A stretch of 64,000 nt of DNA. It comes from Planctomycetota bacterium. GTDB lineage: Bacteria; Planctomycetota; B15-G4. The translations under genes were made by a program, and so were the position numbers. Positions 19,977 through 30,436 of the stretch are shown here, one piece after another (position 1 is the first letter of the stretch; each line of letters opens with the position of its first letter). The stretch lies in assembly GCA_965248575.1 (NCBI GenBank), contig CBDFJQ010000002.1, positions 864,001 through 928,000 on the forward strand, given 5' to 3'. A model generated the notes under the pieces. The model saw only the letters and a list, made by a program, of their open reading frames with translations, made no database searches and had not been told where the DNA came from.

Positions 19977-22597
19977 CCATCGCCCTGCAGGGCCGCCTGA
20001 GCCGCCGCAAGCCGAGCGATGGGCACCCTGAACGGTGAGCAACTGATGTAGTTCAGGCCCGTCTTGTGGAAAAACTGGATCGAGTCGGGGTCGCCTCCGT
20101 GCTCGCCGCAGATGCCGACCTTCAGGTCTGGCTTGGCTACACGGCCGTCCCGCGTGGCCATCTCCACCAGCCGCCCTACGCCACGGATATCGAGGCTAGC
20201 GAAGGGGTCGCGGCGGTAGATGCCCTTGTCGATGTAGTCCCGGATCAACGGGCCGGTGTCGTCTCGCGACAGGCCGAGGCCCATTTGCGTCAGATCGTTG
20301 GTACCGAAAGAGAAGAAGTCCGCGTAGGGAGCGATGTCTGAGGCCGTCAGCGCTGCCCGCGGCACTTCGATCATGGTGCCAATGGGTACACGCGACTCGA
20401 AGCCGGACAACTTCACCAGCTCAGGTTGAGCATCCAGGATCCGCTGGCGTAGGTTGCCCAGCTCGGAATGCGTGCCCACGAGGGGAACCATGATCTCGGG
20501 GCGCACGTCGATGCCCCGCTGTTTGCAGATGCCGGCGGCCTCGTAGATGGCACGCACCTGCATGTCGTAGATCTCCGGGTGTGTCAGGCCGAGCCGACAA
20601 CCGCGTAGGCCGAGCATCGGATTCATCTCGGACAGCTCAGCCACGCGCGCGAGGACGGACTCGATGTCCCAGCCCAGGGCCCGGGCGAGGTCCTCCTGGT
20701 GTTCTTTCTCGTGGGGAAGGAACTCGTGCAGCGGCGGGTCCAGCAGACGGACCGTCACGGGAAGGTCCCGCATGGCAGCGAAGATGCCCACGAAGTCGTC
20801 GCGCTGCAGCGGCAGCAACTCGTCCAAGGCTGCCTGCCGTTGGCGATTCGTGCTGGCGAGGATCATGCGCCGCACCGTGGCGATCCGGTCGTCGCCGAAG
20901 AACATGTGTTCGGTACGGCACAGACCGATGCCCTCGGCGCCGAATTCCCGGCCGCGCGCTGCATCGGCAGGGGTGTCGGCGTTCGTCCGGACGCGCAGGG
21001 TGCGAGCCTCGTCCGCCCAGCCCATCAGCTTGGAGAAGTCACCGGAGAGGGTCGGTTCGACCGTGGCCACCATGCCCAACATGGCTTCGCCGGTGGTTCC
21101 GTCCAGGCTGATCCAATCGCCCTCGGCGATGGTGCTGGCGCCCATGCATGCCGTCTTGTTCGCCAGGTCGATGACCAGATCGCCGCAGCCAGCCACGCAG
21201 CAGGTGCCCATGCCGCGAGCGACGACGGCAGCGTGCGAAGTCATGCCCCCTCGAGCCGTCAGGATGCCCTCGGCGACGTGCATGCCACCGATGTCCTCGG
21301 GCGAGGTCTCGTTGCGAACGAGGATCACCATCTGGCCCCGGTCATGCCACTCCTCTGCATCGGCAGCGTCGAAGACCACCTGGCCCGACGCCGCTCCGGG
21401 TGATGCGGGCAGGCCCCGCGCAGCGACGTTGCGGTCAGCCGCAGGGTCGAAGGTGGGGTGCAGGAGCTGATCCAGGGAGGCGGGGTCCACGCGGCAGATC
21501 GCCTCGCTGCGGGTGATGAGCCCAGAGGCTTCCATCTCCACGGCGATGCGGACGGCCGCCGTGGTGGTGCGCTTCCCGGTGCGGGTCTGGAGCATGTACA
21601 GCTGCTCATCCTGCACGGTGAATTCGATGTCCTGCATGTCCCGGAAATGCGTCTCAAGGCGCGCCTTGATGTCCAGGAGCTGGCCCAGCATGTCCGGCAG
21701 GATCGTGTCGATCTCGGCGATGGGGCGGGGGGTCCGGATCCCCGCGACCACGTCCTCGCCCTGGGCGTTCTGGAGGAACTCGCCGTAGAAGTCGTCTTCG
21801 CCCGTGGACGGGTTTCGTGTGAAACAGACGCCGGTGGCGGAGGAGTCCCCGAGATTGCCGAAGACCATCGCCTGGACGTTGACAGCCGTGCCGTTCAGGT
21901 CATGGATGTTGTTGAGCTGCCGATACTTCACCGCGCGCGGGATGTTCCATGAACTGAACACCGCATCGATGGCGAGGCGCAGCTGCTCTCGTGGATCGGA
22001 AGGGAAGGGCTCGCCCGTCTTCTCCCGCACCAGGTCCTTGTACCGACTCACGACCCGCTTCAGGGAAGCGACATCGAGCTGGTTGTCATCCCGCACGCCT
22101 TGCTCGACGCGGGCAGCGTCGAGCACCCGCTCGAAGTCCTCGTGAGGGACGCCGAGCACGACATCGCCAAGCATCTGGATCAACCGTCGGTAGCTGTCCC
22201 AGGCGAAGCGTTCATTGCCAGCCTCGGCAAGGCCAGCCAAGGTGTCTTCGTTCAAGCCCAGGTTGAGGACGGTATCCATCATGCCGGGCATGGACACCGC
22301 CGCGCCCGAGCGCACGGACACGAGCAGCGGATTGGCCGGGTCACCAAAGCCTCGCCCCGTCGCTTTCTCCACGGTTTCCATGCCGCGTTGAATCTGCGCT
22401 GCGAGCTCTTCGGGCCACTGCCCCTTGCTGGCGAGAATCTCTGCGCAGCAATCCGTGGAGATCGTGAAACCTGGCGGGACGGGGATGCCGAGCCGCGTCA
22501 TCTCCGCCAGGTTGGCGCCCTTTCCACCGAGCAGTTCCTTCCAGCTGCCCATCCCGTCGGCCTTCCCTTGGCCAAAACCGTACGTCCACTGGGTCAT
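19973..22597 (-). CDS. ppdK: Pyruvate, phosphate dikinase
   Basis: LLGGKGANLAEM, LLVSVRSGA..SMPGMMDT, GGMTSHAAVVAR, GIGLCRTEHMF, SFGTNDL and CGEHGGDP. Confidence 0.98.
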   Translation of the reverse strand: MTQWTYGFGQGKADGMGSWKELLGGKGANLAEMTRLGIPVPPGFTISTDCCAEILASKGQWPEELAAQIQRGMETVEKATGRGFGDPANPLLVSVRSGAAVSMPGMMDTVLNLGLNEDTLAGLAEAGNERFAWDSYRRLIQMLGDVVLGVPHEDFERVLDAARVEQGVRDDNQLDVASLKRVVSRYKDLVREKTGEPFPSDPREQLRLAIDAVFSSWNIPRAVKYRQLNNIHDLNGTAVNVQAMVFGNLGDSSATGVCFTRNPSTGEDDFYGEFLQNAQGEDVVAGIRTPRPIAEIDTILPDMLGQLLDIKARLETHFRDMQDIEFTVQDEQLYMLQTRTGKRTTTAAVRIAVEMEASGLITRSEAICRVDPASLDQLLHPTFDPAADRNVAARGLPASPGAASGQVVFDAADAEEWHDRGQMVILVRNETSPEDIGGMHVAEGILTARGGMTSHAAVVARGMGTCCVAGCGDLVIDLANKTACMGASTIAEGDWISLDGTTGEAMLGMVATVEPTLSGDFSKLMGWADEARTLRVRTNADTPADAARGREFGAEGIGLCRTEHMFFGDDRIATVRRMILASTNRQRQAALDELLPLQRDDFVGIFAAMRDLPVTVRLLDPPLHEFLPHEKEHQEDLARALGWDIESVLARVAELSEMNPMLGLRGCRLGLTHPEIYDMQVRAIYEAAGICKQRGIDVRPEIMVPLVGTHSELGNLRQRILDAQPELVKLSGFESRVPIGTMIEVPRAALTASDIAPYADFFSFGTNDLTQMGLGLSRDDTGPLIRDYIDKGIYRRDPFASLDIRGVGRLVEMATRDGRVAKPDLKVGICGEHGGDPDSIQFFHKTGLNYISCSPFRVPIARLAAAQAALQGDG

Positions 22598-23220
22598 TCG
22601 ATCACCTGAGATGGCGCTGAGAGGCCGTCGATGGAAGAGATCTTCCACTGCTGTTCAAAGCTCAAGGACTGGAGCGCCGCGGCCTGTTCATCCGTCAGCA
22701 GCGGCCGCGGAATGTTGAGCCACTGAGCCCTTCGGTCCCGCGACAGGTAGCTGGCGATCTCTCGCTCCAGTCGAGCCGGCAACTCCGTGCCGTCCGCCAA
22801 GCGAACGGTGGCGAGCGTTTCGACGACGAACTCGATGGCGAAGCGTTGGCCGGACTCCTCGAAGACCAAGCGGTGCCCGAGGCCTCCCTGCAGGCTGAGC
22901 TCCTCCACAGCACGGCTCGGAAGGTCCACGCGCTGGATCAGAAAGGCCATCAAGGGCTCTGAGGCGAAGAGCTCCTGCCGCGCCGCAAAATAGGTTTCAA
23001 AGCCGCCCATGGACTGTTGAAGGCCCCTCGAAAGGCAGCGGTACTCGCCTTCGGGCTCGTCATGACAGAGTTGGGACTGCCAACTGCCGAGGGTCTCGGC
23101 AGGCGTCGTATAGGACGTCTTCAGGGGCGGGCAGCAGGCTGCCATGAACAGGCAGACTGACGCACAGAGCGCCCAGCGCTGGAAGGTAGTCGAAAATCGG
23201 AGCGGCACGATGGGGGACAC
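22594..23220 (-). CDS. Hypothetical lipoprotein
   Basis: Signal-like N-terminus ending FMAAC; stop overlaps the ppdK start (ATGA). Confidence 0.65.
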   Translation of the reverse strand: MSPIVPLRFSTTFQRWALCASVCLFMAACCPPLKTSYTTPAETLGSWQSQLCHDEPEGEYRCLSRGLQQSMGGFETYFAARQELFASEPLMAFLIQRVDLPSRAVEELSLQGGLGHRLVFEESGQRFAIEFVVETLATVRLADGTELPARLEREIASYLSRDRRAQWLNIPRPLLTDEQAAALQSLSFEQQWKISSIDGLSAPSQVIE

Positions 23221-23343
23221 AGCGTTGAGAGTGAAGGGCCCGGCCGAGCGCAGCCCAAACCCGGCCCCACGGGGTGGCTCGACGCGGCTGAAAGGTACCC
23301 GCTCCCGAGAAGTGTGTCACCGGTGGATGTTTCTGACGTCTCT

Positions 23344-23420
23344 TTGAGGGATCGACTTGAGGGATCGATCCGTTCGCTCGGCGGCCATCGGTTGATTCGT
23401 CGCGGGCCTGCGCTGAGAAT
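23344..23420 (+). promoter_or_regulatory. Direct repeat TTGAGGGATCGA x2 and putative promoter of the pilB operon
   Basis: 12-mer at 23344-23355 and 23357-23368; TTGATT (23392-97), 17-nt spacer, GAGAAT (23415-20). Confidence 0.45.
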
Positions 23421-23462
23421 GCCTCCCCGCTCCAGTCCCTCTGCAGGAAGCAGACCTGATCG

Positions 23463-25130
23463 ATGGCTGACCGTCTCGGTGACATGCTTCTGGCTCAGGG
23501 CGTCGTGGACGCACAGGGATTGTCGAAGGCCCTTTCACTACAGAAGACCAGCAGGGTTCCTCTCGGACAGGCGCTGGTCTCCCTGGGCCTCGCCAGCGAG
23601 GACCGCATCTGGCGTGCCCTGGCGCAGCAGCAGAAGCTCCCCTTCGTCGACCTGGAAGGGGACGTGAAGCGGGGTGGTCGCATCCCCGACCCCATCACCC
23701 AGGCCGTGCCCGTGGCCGTTGTCGAGGAGCACCGGGTCGTCCCGGTTTCCTTGAAAGATGGGCGCCTGGTGCTTGCCCTGGACGATCCCCTGGCCACCTA
23801 TTCGCTCGACACACTGCAGTTCGTGCTGGACCGGGACGTGGCGGCAGCCCTGACCACGCCCCGCGGCCTCCGTCAGGCCATGCAACATTACTACGGGCTC
23901 CAGGCTGAGCGCACTCCGGCCGGCGAGTTGTTCGCCGAAGACGCAGAGGGGGGCGAGGGAGACGAGGCTCCCATCATCCGGATGGTGCGTCGCATGTTGG
24001 ACTCCGCCGTCTCTGCGGGCGCCTCCGACATCCATGTGGAGCCGCTCGAGGGGCGCATCCGTGTTCGCTTCCGCAAGGACGGCGTCCTGATGGAGGCAGC
24101 AAGTCACGAGCGCCAGCTCCTGGGGCCGCTCATGTCGCGCCTCAAGATCATGGCTGGCATGGACATTGCGGAGCGCCGCAAACCGCAGGACGGGCGCATC
24201 CATGTGACAGTGGAAGGCCGCCGCATCGACATCCGGGCCTCGGTCCTGCCCGGCAATCATGGTGAGGCGATGGTGATGCGCCTGCTCGACAAGGAGCGGG
24301 GCCTGGTCTCTCTTCCTGAGCTGGGCTTCGGCCCGGAAGACCTGGCGCGCTTCCGCCAGGTCCTCGAACGGCCCAACGGCATCGTGCTCGTGACGGGCCC
24401 CACGGGCTCCGGCAAGACCACCACACTCTATGCAGCCTTGAAGGAACTCAACCGCGCCGACGTCAAGATCATCACGGCGGAAGACCCGGTGGAGTATGAA
24501 ATCGCGGGCATCAACCAGGTCCAGGTGCATCCGCGCATCGGCCTGACCTTTGCGCGCATCTTGCGCTCCATGCTGCGGCAGGCACCGAACATCATCCTCG
24601 TGGGGGAGATCCGGGATGCGGAGACGGCCGAGGTCGCCATCCAAGCGGCGCTGACAGGGCACCTGGTGTTCGCCACCTTGCACACGAATGACGCTCCGTC
24701 CGCCCTGGCTCGTCTGGTGGACATGGGAGTGAAGCCCTTTCTCGTGTCGGCCTCTCTTCAGGCGGTGGTGGCGCAACGCCTGATCCGCCGGCTGTGCACG
24801 TCGTGCCGTGCGGAATCGGTGCCCGAGCCGAGCGAGCTTCGCGCCTTGGGGCTCGCGCCGGAGCGCCTGTCGGGCAGGACCCTGTACCGGGCCGTAGGCT
24901 GTGGCGAGTGCCAGTTCACAGGCTATGCCGGGCGCGTCGCGGCCTTTGAGCTGTTGGTCATGGATGGCGCCCTACGGGACATGGCGTTTCGCAACGAGCC
25001 CACGCCTCGCGTGCGCGCCGCGGCCGAGGCGAGCCGTCGTCTGGTACCGCTGCGCGAGGACGGGCTCTCCAAGGTCCTCAGTGGCTTGACGTCGATCTCG
25101 GAAGTCCTCCGGGTGAGCCACGAACAATGA
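23463..25130 (+). CDS. GspE/PilB-family secretion/pilus ATPase with MshEN N-domain
   Basis: RLGDMLLAQGVV..L..AL..Q, ASDIHVEP, GPTGSGKTTTLY, EDPVEY, GEIRD, TLHTNDA and CxxC...CxxC. Confidence 0.95.
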   Translation: MADRLGDMLLAQGVVDAQGLSKALSLQKTSRVPLGQALVSLGLASEDRIWRALAQQQKLPFVDLEGDVKRGGRIPDPITQAVPVAVVEEHRVVPVSLKDGRLVLALDDPLATYSLDTLQFVLDRDVAAALTTPRGLRQAMQHYYGLQAERTPAGELFAEDAEGGEGDEAPIIRMVRRMLDSAVSAGASDIHVEPLEGRIRVRFRKDGVLMEAASHERQLLGPLMSRLKIMAGMDIAERRKPQDGRIHVTVEGRRIDIRASVLPGNHGEAMVMRLLDKERGLVSLPELGFGPEDLARFRQVLERPNGIVLVTGPTGSGKTTTLYAALKELNRADVKIITAEDPVEYEIAGINQVQVHPRIGLTFARILRSMLRQAPNIILVGEIRDAETAEVAIQAALTGHLVFATLHTNDAPSALARLVDMGVKPFLVSASLQAVVAQRLIRRLCTSCRAESVPEPSELRALGLAPERLSGRTLYRAVGCGECQFTGYAGRVAAFELLVMDGALRDMAFRNEPTPRVRAAAEASRRLVPLREDGLSKVLSGLTSISEVLRVSHEQ

Positions 25131-26848
25131 CTGCGCCCCCTGACACGCACGGCTCCGGCGCTTCGCGACGGCTGCTGGGACAGATCCTCGTGGGCCGCGG
25201 CTCTTGCAGTGAGGCCCAGATCGAGCAGGCATTGGCCGAGCAGGTGCGCTCCGGGGGCCATCTCGGTGATCTCCTGATGGCGATGGGGGCCGTGGATCGA
25301 AAAGAACTCACGCGGGCCCTGGGGATACAAGTCGGGCTCGAACCGATGGATCTCGATGCGGTTGGAATCGCTCCCGAGGTGGTGCCGCTCGTGGACGCGG
25401 CAACCTGTGCGCTCTACCGCGCGGTCCCGGTGCGTCTGCTCGACACAGGAACATTGGTGGTCGCCCTCGCGGACCCCCTCAACGTCAGCATCCTTCAGGA
25501 TCTCTCCTTCCTGGTTGGCCGCGAAGTGCAAGCGGTCATCGCAGACGAGGAGGCGGTCGACCGCGCCCTGGAGGCGTGCTGGCAGATCGCACCCTCCGTG
25601 GATTTCGCGAAGGTCATCGACGAAGCGCGTATCATCTCCGGGTCGTTGGACCTTGAAGACCAAACGGCGATGGCTCAAGCCGCACCGGTCGTGAAGTTGT
25701 TGAACTACATCCTCCTTCAGGCCATTCGCGACAAGGCCAGCGACATCCATCTGGAGCCGTTCGAGCACGAGTTCAAGGTTCGCTATCGGGTGGATGGTGT
25801 GCTCTTTGAAGTGGAAGCTCCGCCACTCTCCTTGGCCTCGGCGCTCACGTCGCGAGTGAAGGTCATGTCACACCTCGACATCGCCGAGACGCGCATCCCC
25901 CAAGACGGGCGCATCGAACTCTCGCTCGGCGGTCGCCCGATCGACCTGCGCGTCTCGACCATGCCGACGGTCCACGGGGAGTCCTGCGTGCTGAGAGTCC
26001 TGGATCGAAGCGTCGTCTCCCTCGATCTCGGCTTGGTCGGTCTCAAGGAGGATGAGCAGGCGCTGGTGCACGCGCTGTTGGATCGGCCGCACGGCATCTT
26101 GCTCGTGACAGGGCCGACGGGCTCAGGGAAGACCACGACGCTCTACTCGGCGCTGAATCGACTCAACTCCGTAGAGCGCAAGATCATCACGGTCGAGGAC
26201 CCCATCGAGTACGACCTCGACGGCGTGGTGCAGGTCCAGGTGAACGACGAGATCGACGTCTCCTATGCGAGCGTGCTGCGCTCCATCCTGCGTCAGGACC
26301 CGGACATCCTCCTGGTGGGTGAGATTCGCGACACTGAAACAGCCCAGATTGCCGTGGAGGCCGCTCTCACGGGGCACCTGATCCTGTCGACCTTGCACAC
26401 CAATGATGCGCCCTCGACCATCACCCGACTCGTGGACGTGGGCGTGCCGCCCTACCTCATCGTCGCGACCCTCGAGGCGGTGATCGCGCAACGGCTTGTT
26501 CGCGCCATCTGCCCCGATTGCCGTGAGGAGTATGAACCGGACAACGAGACGCTGAGTGAGTTGGGGTTGCAGCGCGCAGAGCTCCGCGGCCAGCCGTTCG
26601 CCCGAGGAAGAGGTTGTGAAGCCTGCAACTACTCAGGTCATCGTGGGCGGCGCGGCCTCTTCGAGATCATGGTCATGAGTGAAAGCCTGAGGCAGCTGGT
26701 TCTCGATGAAGCCCCCACGAGCCAGCTTCGTGAGGTTGCGGTTCGAGAGGGCATGCGCCCGTTGCGCACTTCGGGCAGCATGGCGGTCATGGCGGGACTG
26801 ACCACCGTGGAGGAAGTGTTGAAGGAGACGCTCTCAGATGCCAGCTGA
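25127..26848 (+). CDS. Second GspE/PilB-family ATPase
   Basis: ASDIHLEP, GPTGSGKTTTLY, LRQDPD, GEIRD, TLHTNDA and a Zn motif; ATGA overlap with the previous gene. Confidence 0.95.
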   Translation: MTAPPDTHGSGASRRLLGQILVGRGSCSEAQIEQALAEQVRSGGHLGDLLMAMGAVDRKELTRALGIQVGLEPMDLDAVGIAPEVVPLVDAATCALYRAVPVRLLDTGTLVVALADPLNVSILQDLSFLVGREVQAVIADEEAVDRALEACWQIAPSVDFAKVIDEARIISGSLDLEDQTAMAQAAPVVKLLNYILLQAIRDKASDIHLEPFEHEFKVRYRVDGVLFEVEAPPLSLASALTSRVKVMSHLDIAETRIPQDGRIELSLGGRPIDLRVSTMPTVHGESCVLRVLDRSVVSLDLGLVGLKEDEQALVHALLDRPHGILLVTGPTGSGKTTTLYSALNRLNSVERKIITVEDPIEYDLDGVVQVQVNDEIDVSYASVLRSILRQDPDILLVGEIRDTETAQIAVEAALTGHLILSTLHTNDAPSTITRLVDVGVPPYLIVATLEAVIAQRLVRAICPDCREEYEPDNETLSELGLQRAELRGQPFARGRGCEACNYSGHRGRRGLFEIMVMSESLRQLVLDEAPTSQLREVAVREGMRPLRTSGSMAVMAGLTTVEEVLKETLSDAS

Positions 26849-28067
26849 CCGACCTTCCGCGCGCAAACCCAGCGCTCGGCGGCCGGCCGCAGCGCGACCA
26901 CGTACTGCGCCGCCCTCCCGGGAGGGTGCGCTGACCGGGCCCTCGGGCGGCGCTGGCCGCCGGGGGAGCGCTGCGCGGCCTGCCGATGTGCAAGCGCGTC
27001 GTCGCTGGGCCTGGTGGGGGCGTGTCCCCGCGAAGGAGTTGGCGCAATTCTCTGGGCGCCTTGAGACCCTCGTCAACGCTGGGCTTCCGGTCCTGCGCTC
27101 GCTGAGAATCCTCGAAGGGCAACAGAAGCCCGGCCCGTTGCAGGACGTGATTGAAATCGTGGCCGACGATGTCGAGGGCGGCGCGCCCCTCTCCGAAGCA
27201 CTCAGCAAGCATCCACATGTCTTCGATCGCCTCTACGTGAACATGGTGCGAGCGGGGGAGGCTGGCGGCATCCTGGGCACCATTCTCGCGCGCCTGGCGG
27301 CGTTCGCCAGGAAGACGGAAGCCATCAAGGGGCAGATCAAGGGCGCACTGACCTACCCCGTGTTGGTGATCTTCTTCGCGGGCGGCGTCTTGATGGTCGC
27401 CATGTTCGTCGTCGTGCCCCAGTTCGAGCAGATGTTCCAGAGCTTCGATGTGGAGATGCCGGCGCTGACACAGGCTCTGCTCTCCATCTCGCGCGGCCTC
27501 TCCGACTCCTGGTGGGTGCTGCTGGCAGCGCCCGCCCTGCTCTGGGCGACCCTTGTCTTGCTGCTGCGAAGTGAAGCCATGGCCTATCGCTTTGACGGCT
27601 TGAAGCTTCGACTGCCCTTCTTCGGCGACGTCGTGAAGAAGACGCTCGTCGCGCGCATCACCCGCACGCTAGGGACCTTGCTCTCCAGCGGTGTCCCGAT
27701 CCTGGAAGCCCTGGACATCGTACGCGCCTCGCTGGCAAACCGCGTCGTTGAGCAAGCGGTGGCTGACGTACGCGATGCGATCAGGAATGGGGAGACCATG
27801 GCTTCGCCACTGGCGCAGAGTGGTGTGTTCGACGACATGGTCGTCAACATGATCGACGTGGGTGAGGAAACAGGCCAGCTCGACACCATGCTCGTGCGTA
27901 TCGCCGAGGACAGCGAAGCGGAGCTGGACACCTCCATCACCGTCTTGTTCAAGGCGCTTGAGCCTGTGATGCTGCTCTTGGTTGCCCTGGTCGTGGGCAC
28001 CATCGCCTTCGCCCTCTTCAGCCCCATGATCCGCCTCATGGAGTCCATGGCGGGGGCGAGCCTCTGA
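26838..28067 (+). CDS. GspF/PilC-family inner membrane platform protein
   Basis: LVNAGLP, YVNMVRAGEAGG, ALTYP, GEETGQLD and ALEP motifs. Confidence 0.95.
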   Translation: MPADRPSARKPSARRPAAARPRTAPPSREGALTGPSGGAGRRGSAARPADVQARRRWAWWGRVPAKELAQFSGRLETLVNAGLPVLRSLRILEGQQKPGPLQDVIEIVADDVEGGAPLSEALSKHPHVFDRLYVNMVRAGEAGGILGTILARLAAFARKTEAIKGQIKGALTYPVLVIFFAGGVLMVAMFVVVPQFEQMFQSFDVEMPALTQALLSISRGLSDSWWVLLAAPALLWATLVLLLRSEAMAYRFDGLKLRLPFFGDVVKKTLVARITRTLGTLLSSGVPILEALDIVRASLANRVVEQAVADVRDAIRNGETMASPLAQSGVFDDMVVNMIDVGEETGQLDTMLVRIAEDSEAELDTSITVLFKALEPVMLLLVALVVGTIAFALFSPMIRLMESMAGASL

Positions 28068-28092
28068 AGCATCCCCTGCGCAGGACCAGCCC

Positions 28093-29355
28093 GTGGCAAT
28101 GACGCTGGTTTTCATGGCTGCTCTCTTGGTCTGTTCCGGTTTCGTCTCGGGCAGCGAGACGGCCGTGTTCTCGCTTTCGGCTGCTGAGCGCAGGGCACTG
28201 GCGCAGCGCACACCCTTGGTGAAGTCGCTGCTGGCGCGTCCGGGGCGCCTGCTGGTGACTCTCTTGCTGGCGAATCTGATCATCAACGTCGGCTACTTCA
28301 CGCTGTCGGCCTCCGTCAGCCTGGAACTCCTGCAGAGCGATCGCGGCGGATTGGCGCTGGGTGTGGCTGTCGCGAGCTTGGGAGCCATGGTGGTCCTGGG
28401 TGAGATTGTTCCCAAGACCCTCGCTCTGGCTGACGGCCTGCGGATCGTGCGTGGGGTTTCTCCGGCCCTGTCGATCTTGTCGTTCGTCCTGGCCCCGCTT
28501 GTGTGGGTTGGCGCATGGGTCACGGAGATTGTTGAGCGTCTGCTCTTTGGCGCACGATCGCGTCCTGCCGTCCGCGCAGCAGATCTGAAGGCGATGCTTG
28601 GCGATGAAGGAGGCGATGCGTCGGAGCGACGGGTCGAGTTCGCGCTTCTGAGTGACGTCATCGATTTCGGCGAGCTGAAAGCCAAAGCCCTGATGGTTCC
28701 TCGAGTCGACATGGCAGTGCTGGACCTGGCCGAAGACCGGGCTGCGTGGGTGGCTGTCATGGCCGAGCAGCCCCACACGGACTACCCCGTGATTGACGGT
28801 TCGCCCGACAAGTTGTTGGGCGTCGTCAATGCGACACGCGTCATGCTGGAGACCGAGACGCCGCTGGAAGAGCTGGTCGAACCTGCGCTGCTCGCACCGC
28901 TGAGCCTTGGGGCAGAACGCCTGGTGCTTCGAATGATTCACGAAGACTGCCAGCTTGCAGTGCTCTTGGATGAGTTTGGAGGAGTGGCTGGGCTCGTGGG
29001 CCGCGCAGAACTCGCCCAAGAACTCCTGGGCGAGGTCGATACCGAGCGCATGGGCCCCGTGGAACGGCTCGGAAACGGGTCGGCCCTGGTCATGGGGCGG
29101 TGCCCCGTGCATCGCTTGGAAGAGGAGCTCGGCCCGGTCTTCACCAGCCGCCGGGCGGGGACTGTCGGGGGGGCCGTCGCAGAGGCGCTTTCTGCGGTGC
29201 CCCGACGTGGTGACGAGCTGCGGCTCGGCAACTGGAGCCTGCGTGTCCTGAGCATGGACGGCGGGCGCGTGGGTCGCTTGCTCGTGAAGCCCGAGCCGGC
29301 GTCGGAGCGCGAGCTGGAGGGCGAAGACGACACCTCCGGAGGAACGCCAGCATGA
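28093..29355 (+). CDS. CNNM/DUF21-CBS-CorC (hemolysin/GldE-like) membrane protein
   Basis: SGSETAVFSL, LLLANLIIN, GEIVPK, MVPRVD, LDEFGGVAGLV and a CorC_HlyC-like tail. Confidence 0.88.
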   Translation: MAMTLVFMAALLVCSGFVSGSETAVFSLSAAERRALAQRTPLVKSLLARPGRLLVTLLLANLIINVGYFTLSASVSLELLQSDRGGLALGVAVASLGAMVVLGEIVPKTLALADGLRIVRGVSPALSILSFVLAPLVWVGAWVTEIVERLLFGARSRPAVRAADLKAMLGDEGGDASERRVEFALLSDVIDFGELKAKALMVPRVDMAVLDLAEDRAAWVAVMAEQPHTDYPVIDGSPDKLLGVVNATRVMLETETPLEELVEPALLAPLSLGAERLVLRMIHEDCQLAVLLDEFGGVAGLVGRAELAQELLGEVDTERMGPVERLGNGSALVMGRCPVHRLEEELGPVFTSRRAGTVGGAVAEALSAVPRRGDELRLGNWSLRVLSMDGGRVGRLLVKPEPASERELEGEDDTSGGTPA

Positions 29356-30305
29356 CCGCGAGCCTGTTTCTGCTAGCGGTGCTCCTGTCCGCGCTCTTCT
29401 CGGGCCTGGAGACTGGGCTGTACAGCACGAGTCGCCTGCGCATCCAGCTGGATGCGAGCAGCGGCATCCGGCCGGCAGTCCGGGCTCGGGCGCTGCTCAA
29501 GGACATGCCCACCTTGTTGACCGTCCTGCTGGTGTCCAACAACACGGCAAATTGGGCCGCGAGCCTGCTCGCGCAGGTTCTACTGCTGGAGTACGGGGTG
29601 CGGGACCCTGAAGCGGTCGGGACCTTCGGAGTCTCCGTCGTGCTGTTCGTGCTGGCCGAATCGGTTCCCAAGCAGGCCTTTCATCGGGGACGCGAGCGGC
29701 TGCTCTATCCTGTCGTGCCGATCCTCGCGGCAGCCCATGCGGCGCTGCGCTGGCCCACCTGGCCACTCACCCGCTTCGCCCAGTGGTTCTCTCAGGTGAT
29801 CGGCAGCGGCTCAGGCTCTAGCAGGCCCGGCACGGGGCCTCGTGAGGCGCTGATTCTCGCCGGCAGGAGGGAAGGCTTCCTGACCCCCTTCCAGGAGCGG
29901 GTGGCTCACAGCGTGCTCGGCATGAGAACCCGCACGGCGGCAAACGAGGCCCGGGAGGTCTCTGCCTTCATCAGCACCTGTCTAGGGAGCCCGGGGGTGA
30001 CAGTCCCCCCGGGCTCTCGTGACCCGCGGGTTCTCGTCCTGGACTCCAGTGGGCGACAGCCCCTTGGCTGGGTGATCTTGGCGACCCTCTGGACCCCCTC
30101 GGGTTTCCGCCAAGTGAGCCCCCGCGAGATCCAGCCTGTGCTCCAGGTGAGCGAAGCCTCCCGCCTGGACGAGGTCTATCTCCAACTCGATCGCATGGAG
30201 ACGCCCTTCGCGTGGGTGCGCCGAGCCAATGGCGAGCTGGGTGTCCTCGACGCAAATCACCTTCGGGGGCGGGTGATGGGCACGACGAGCGAGAGCCCCA
30301 CCTGA
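29352..30305 (+). CDS. Second DUF21/CNNM protein with degenerate CBS region
   Basis: FSGLETGLY, LLVSNN and AESVPK; ATGA overlap. Confidence 0.8.
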   Translation: MTASLFLLAVLLSALFSGLETGLYSTSRLRIQLDASSGIRPAVRARALLKDMPTLLTVLLVSNNTANWAASLLAQVLLLEYGVRDPEAVGTFGVSVVLFVLAESVPKQAFHRGRERLLYPVVPILAAAHAALRWPTWPLTRFAQWFSQVIGSGSGSSRPGTGPREALILAGRREGFLTPFQERVAHSVLGMRTRTAANEAREVSAFISTCLGSPGVTVPPGSRDPRVLVLDSSGRQPLGWVILATLWTPSGFRQVSPREIQPVLQVSEASRLDEVYLQLDRMETPFAWVRRANGELGVLDANHLRGRVMGTTSESPT

Positions 30306-30329
30306 GGCGGCCTTTCCCCATCTCCTGCG

Positions 30330-30358
30330 TTGCAAGGGGCCCTGTGGCCACCTAAGAT
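30330..30358 (+). promoter_or_regulatory. Putative sigma70 promoter
   Basis: TTGCAA, 17-nt spacer, TAAGAT upstream of the 30437 CDS. Confidence 0.55.
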
Positions 30359-30436
30359 CCAAACTGGCGGCCCCTAACGAGACCCATCGGGCAGGTCAGA
30401 GCTCGAAGAATCCACACGATAGAGGAGGTCACCCTC

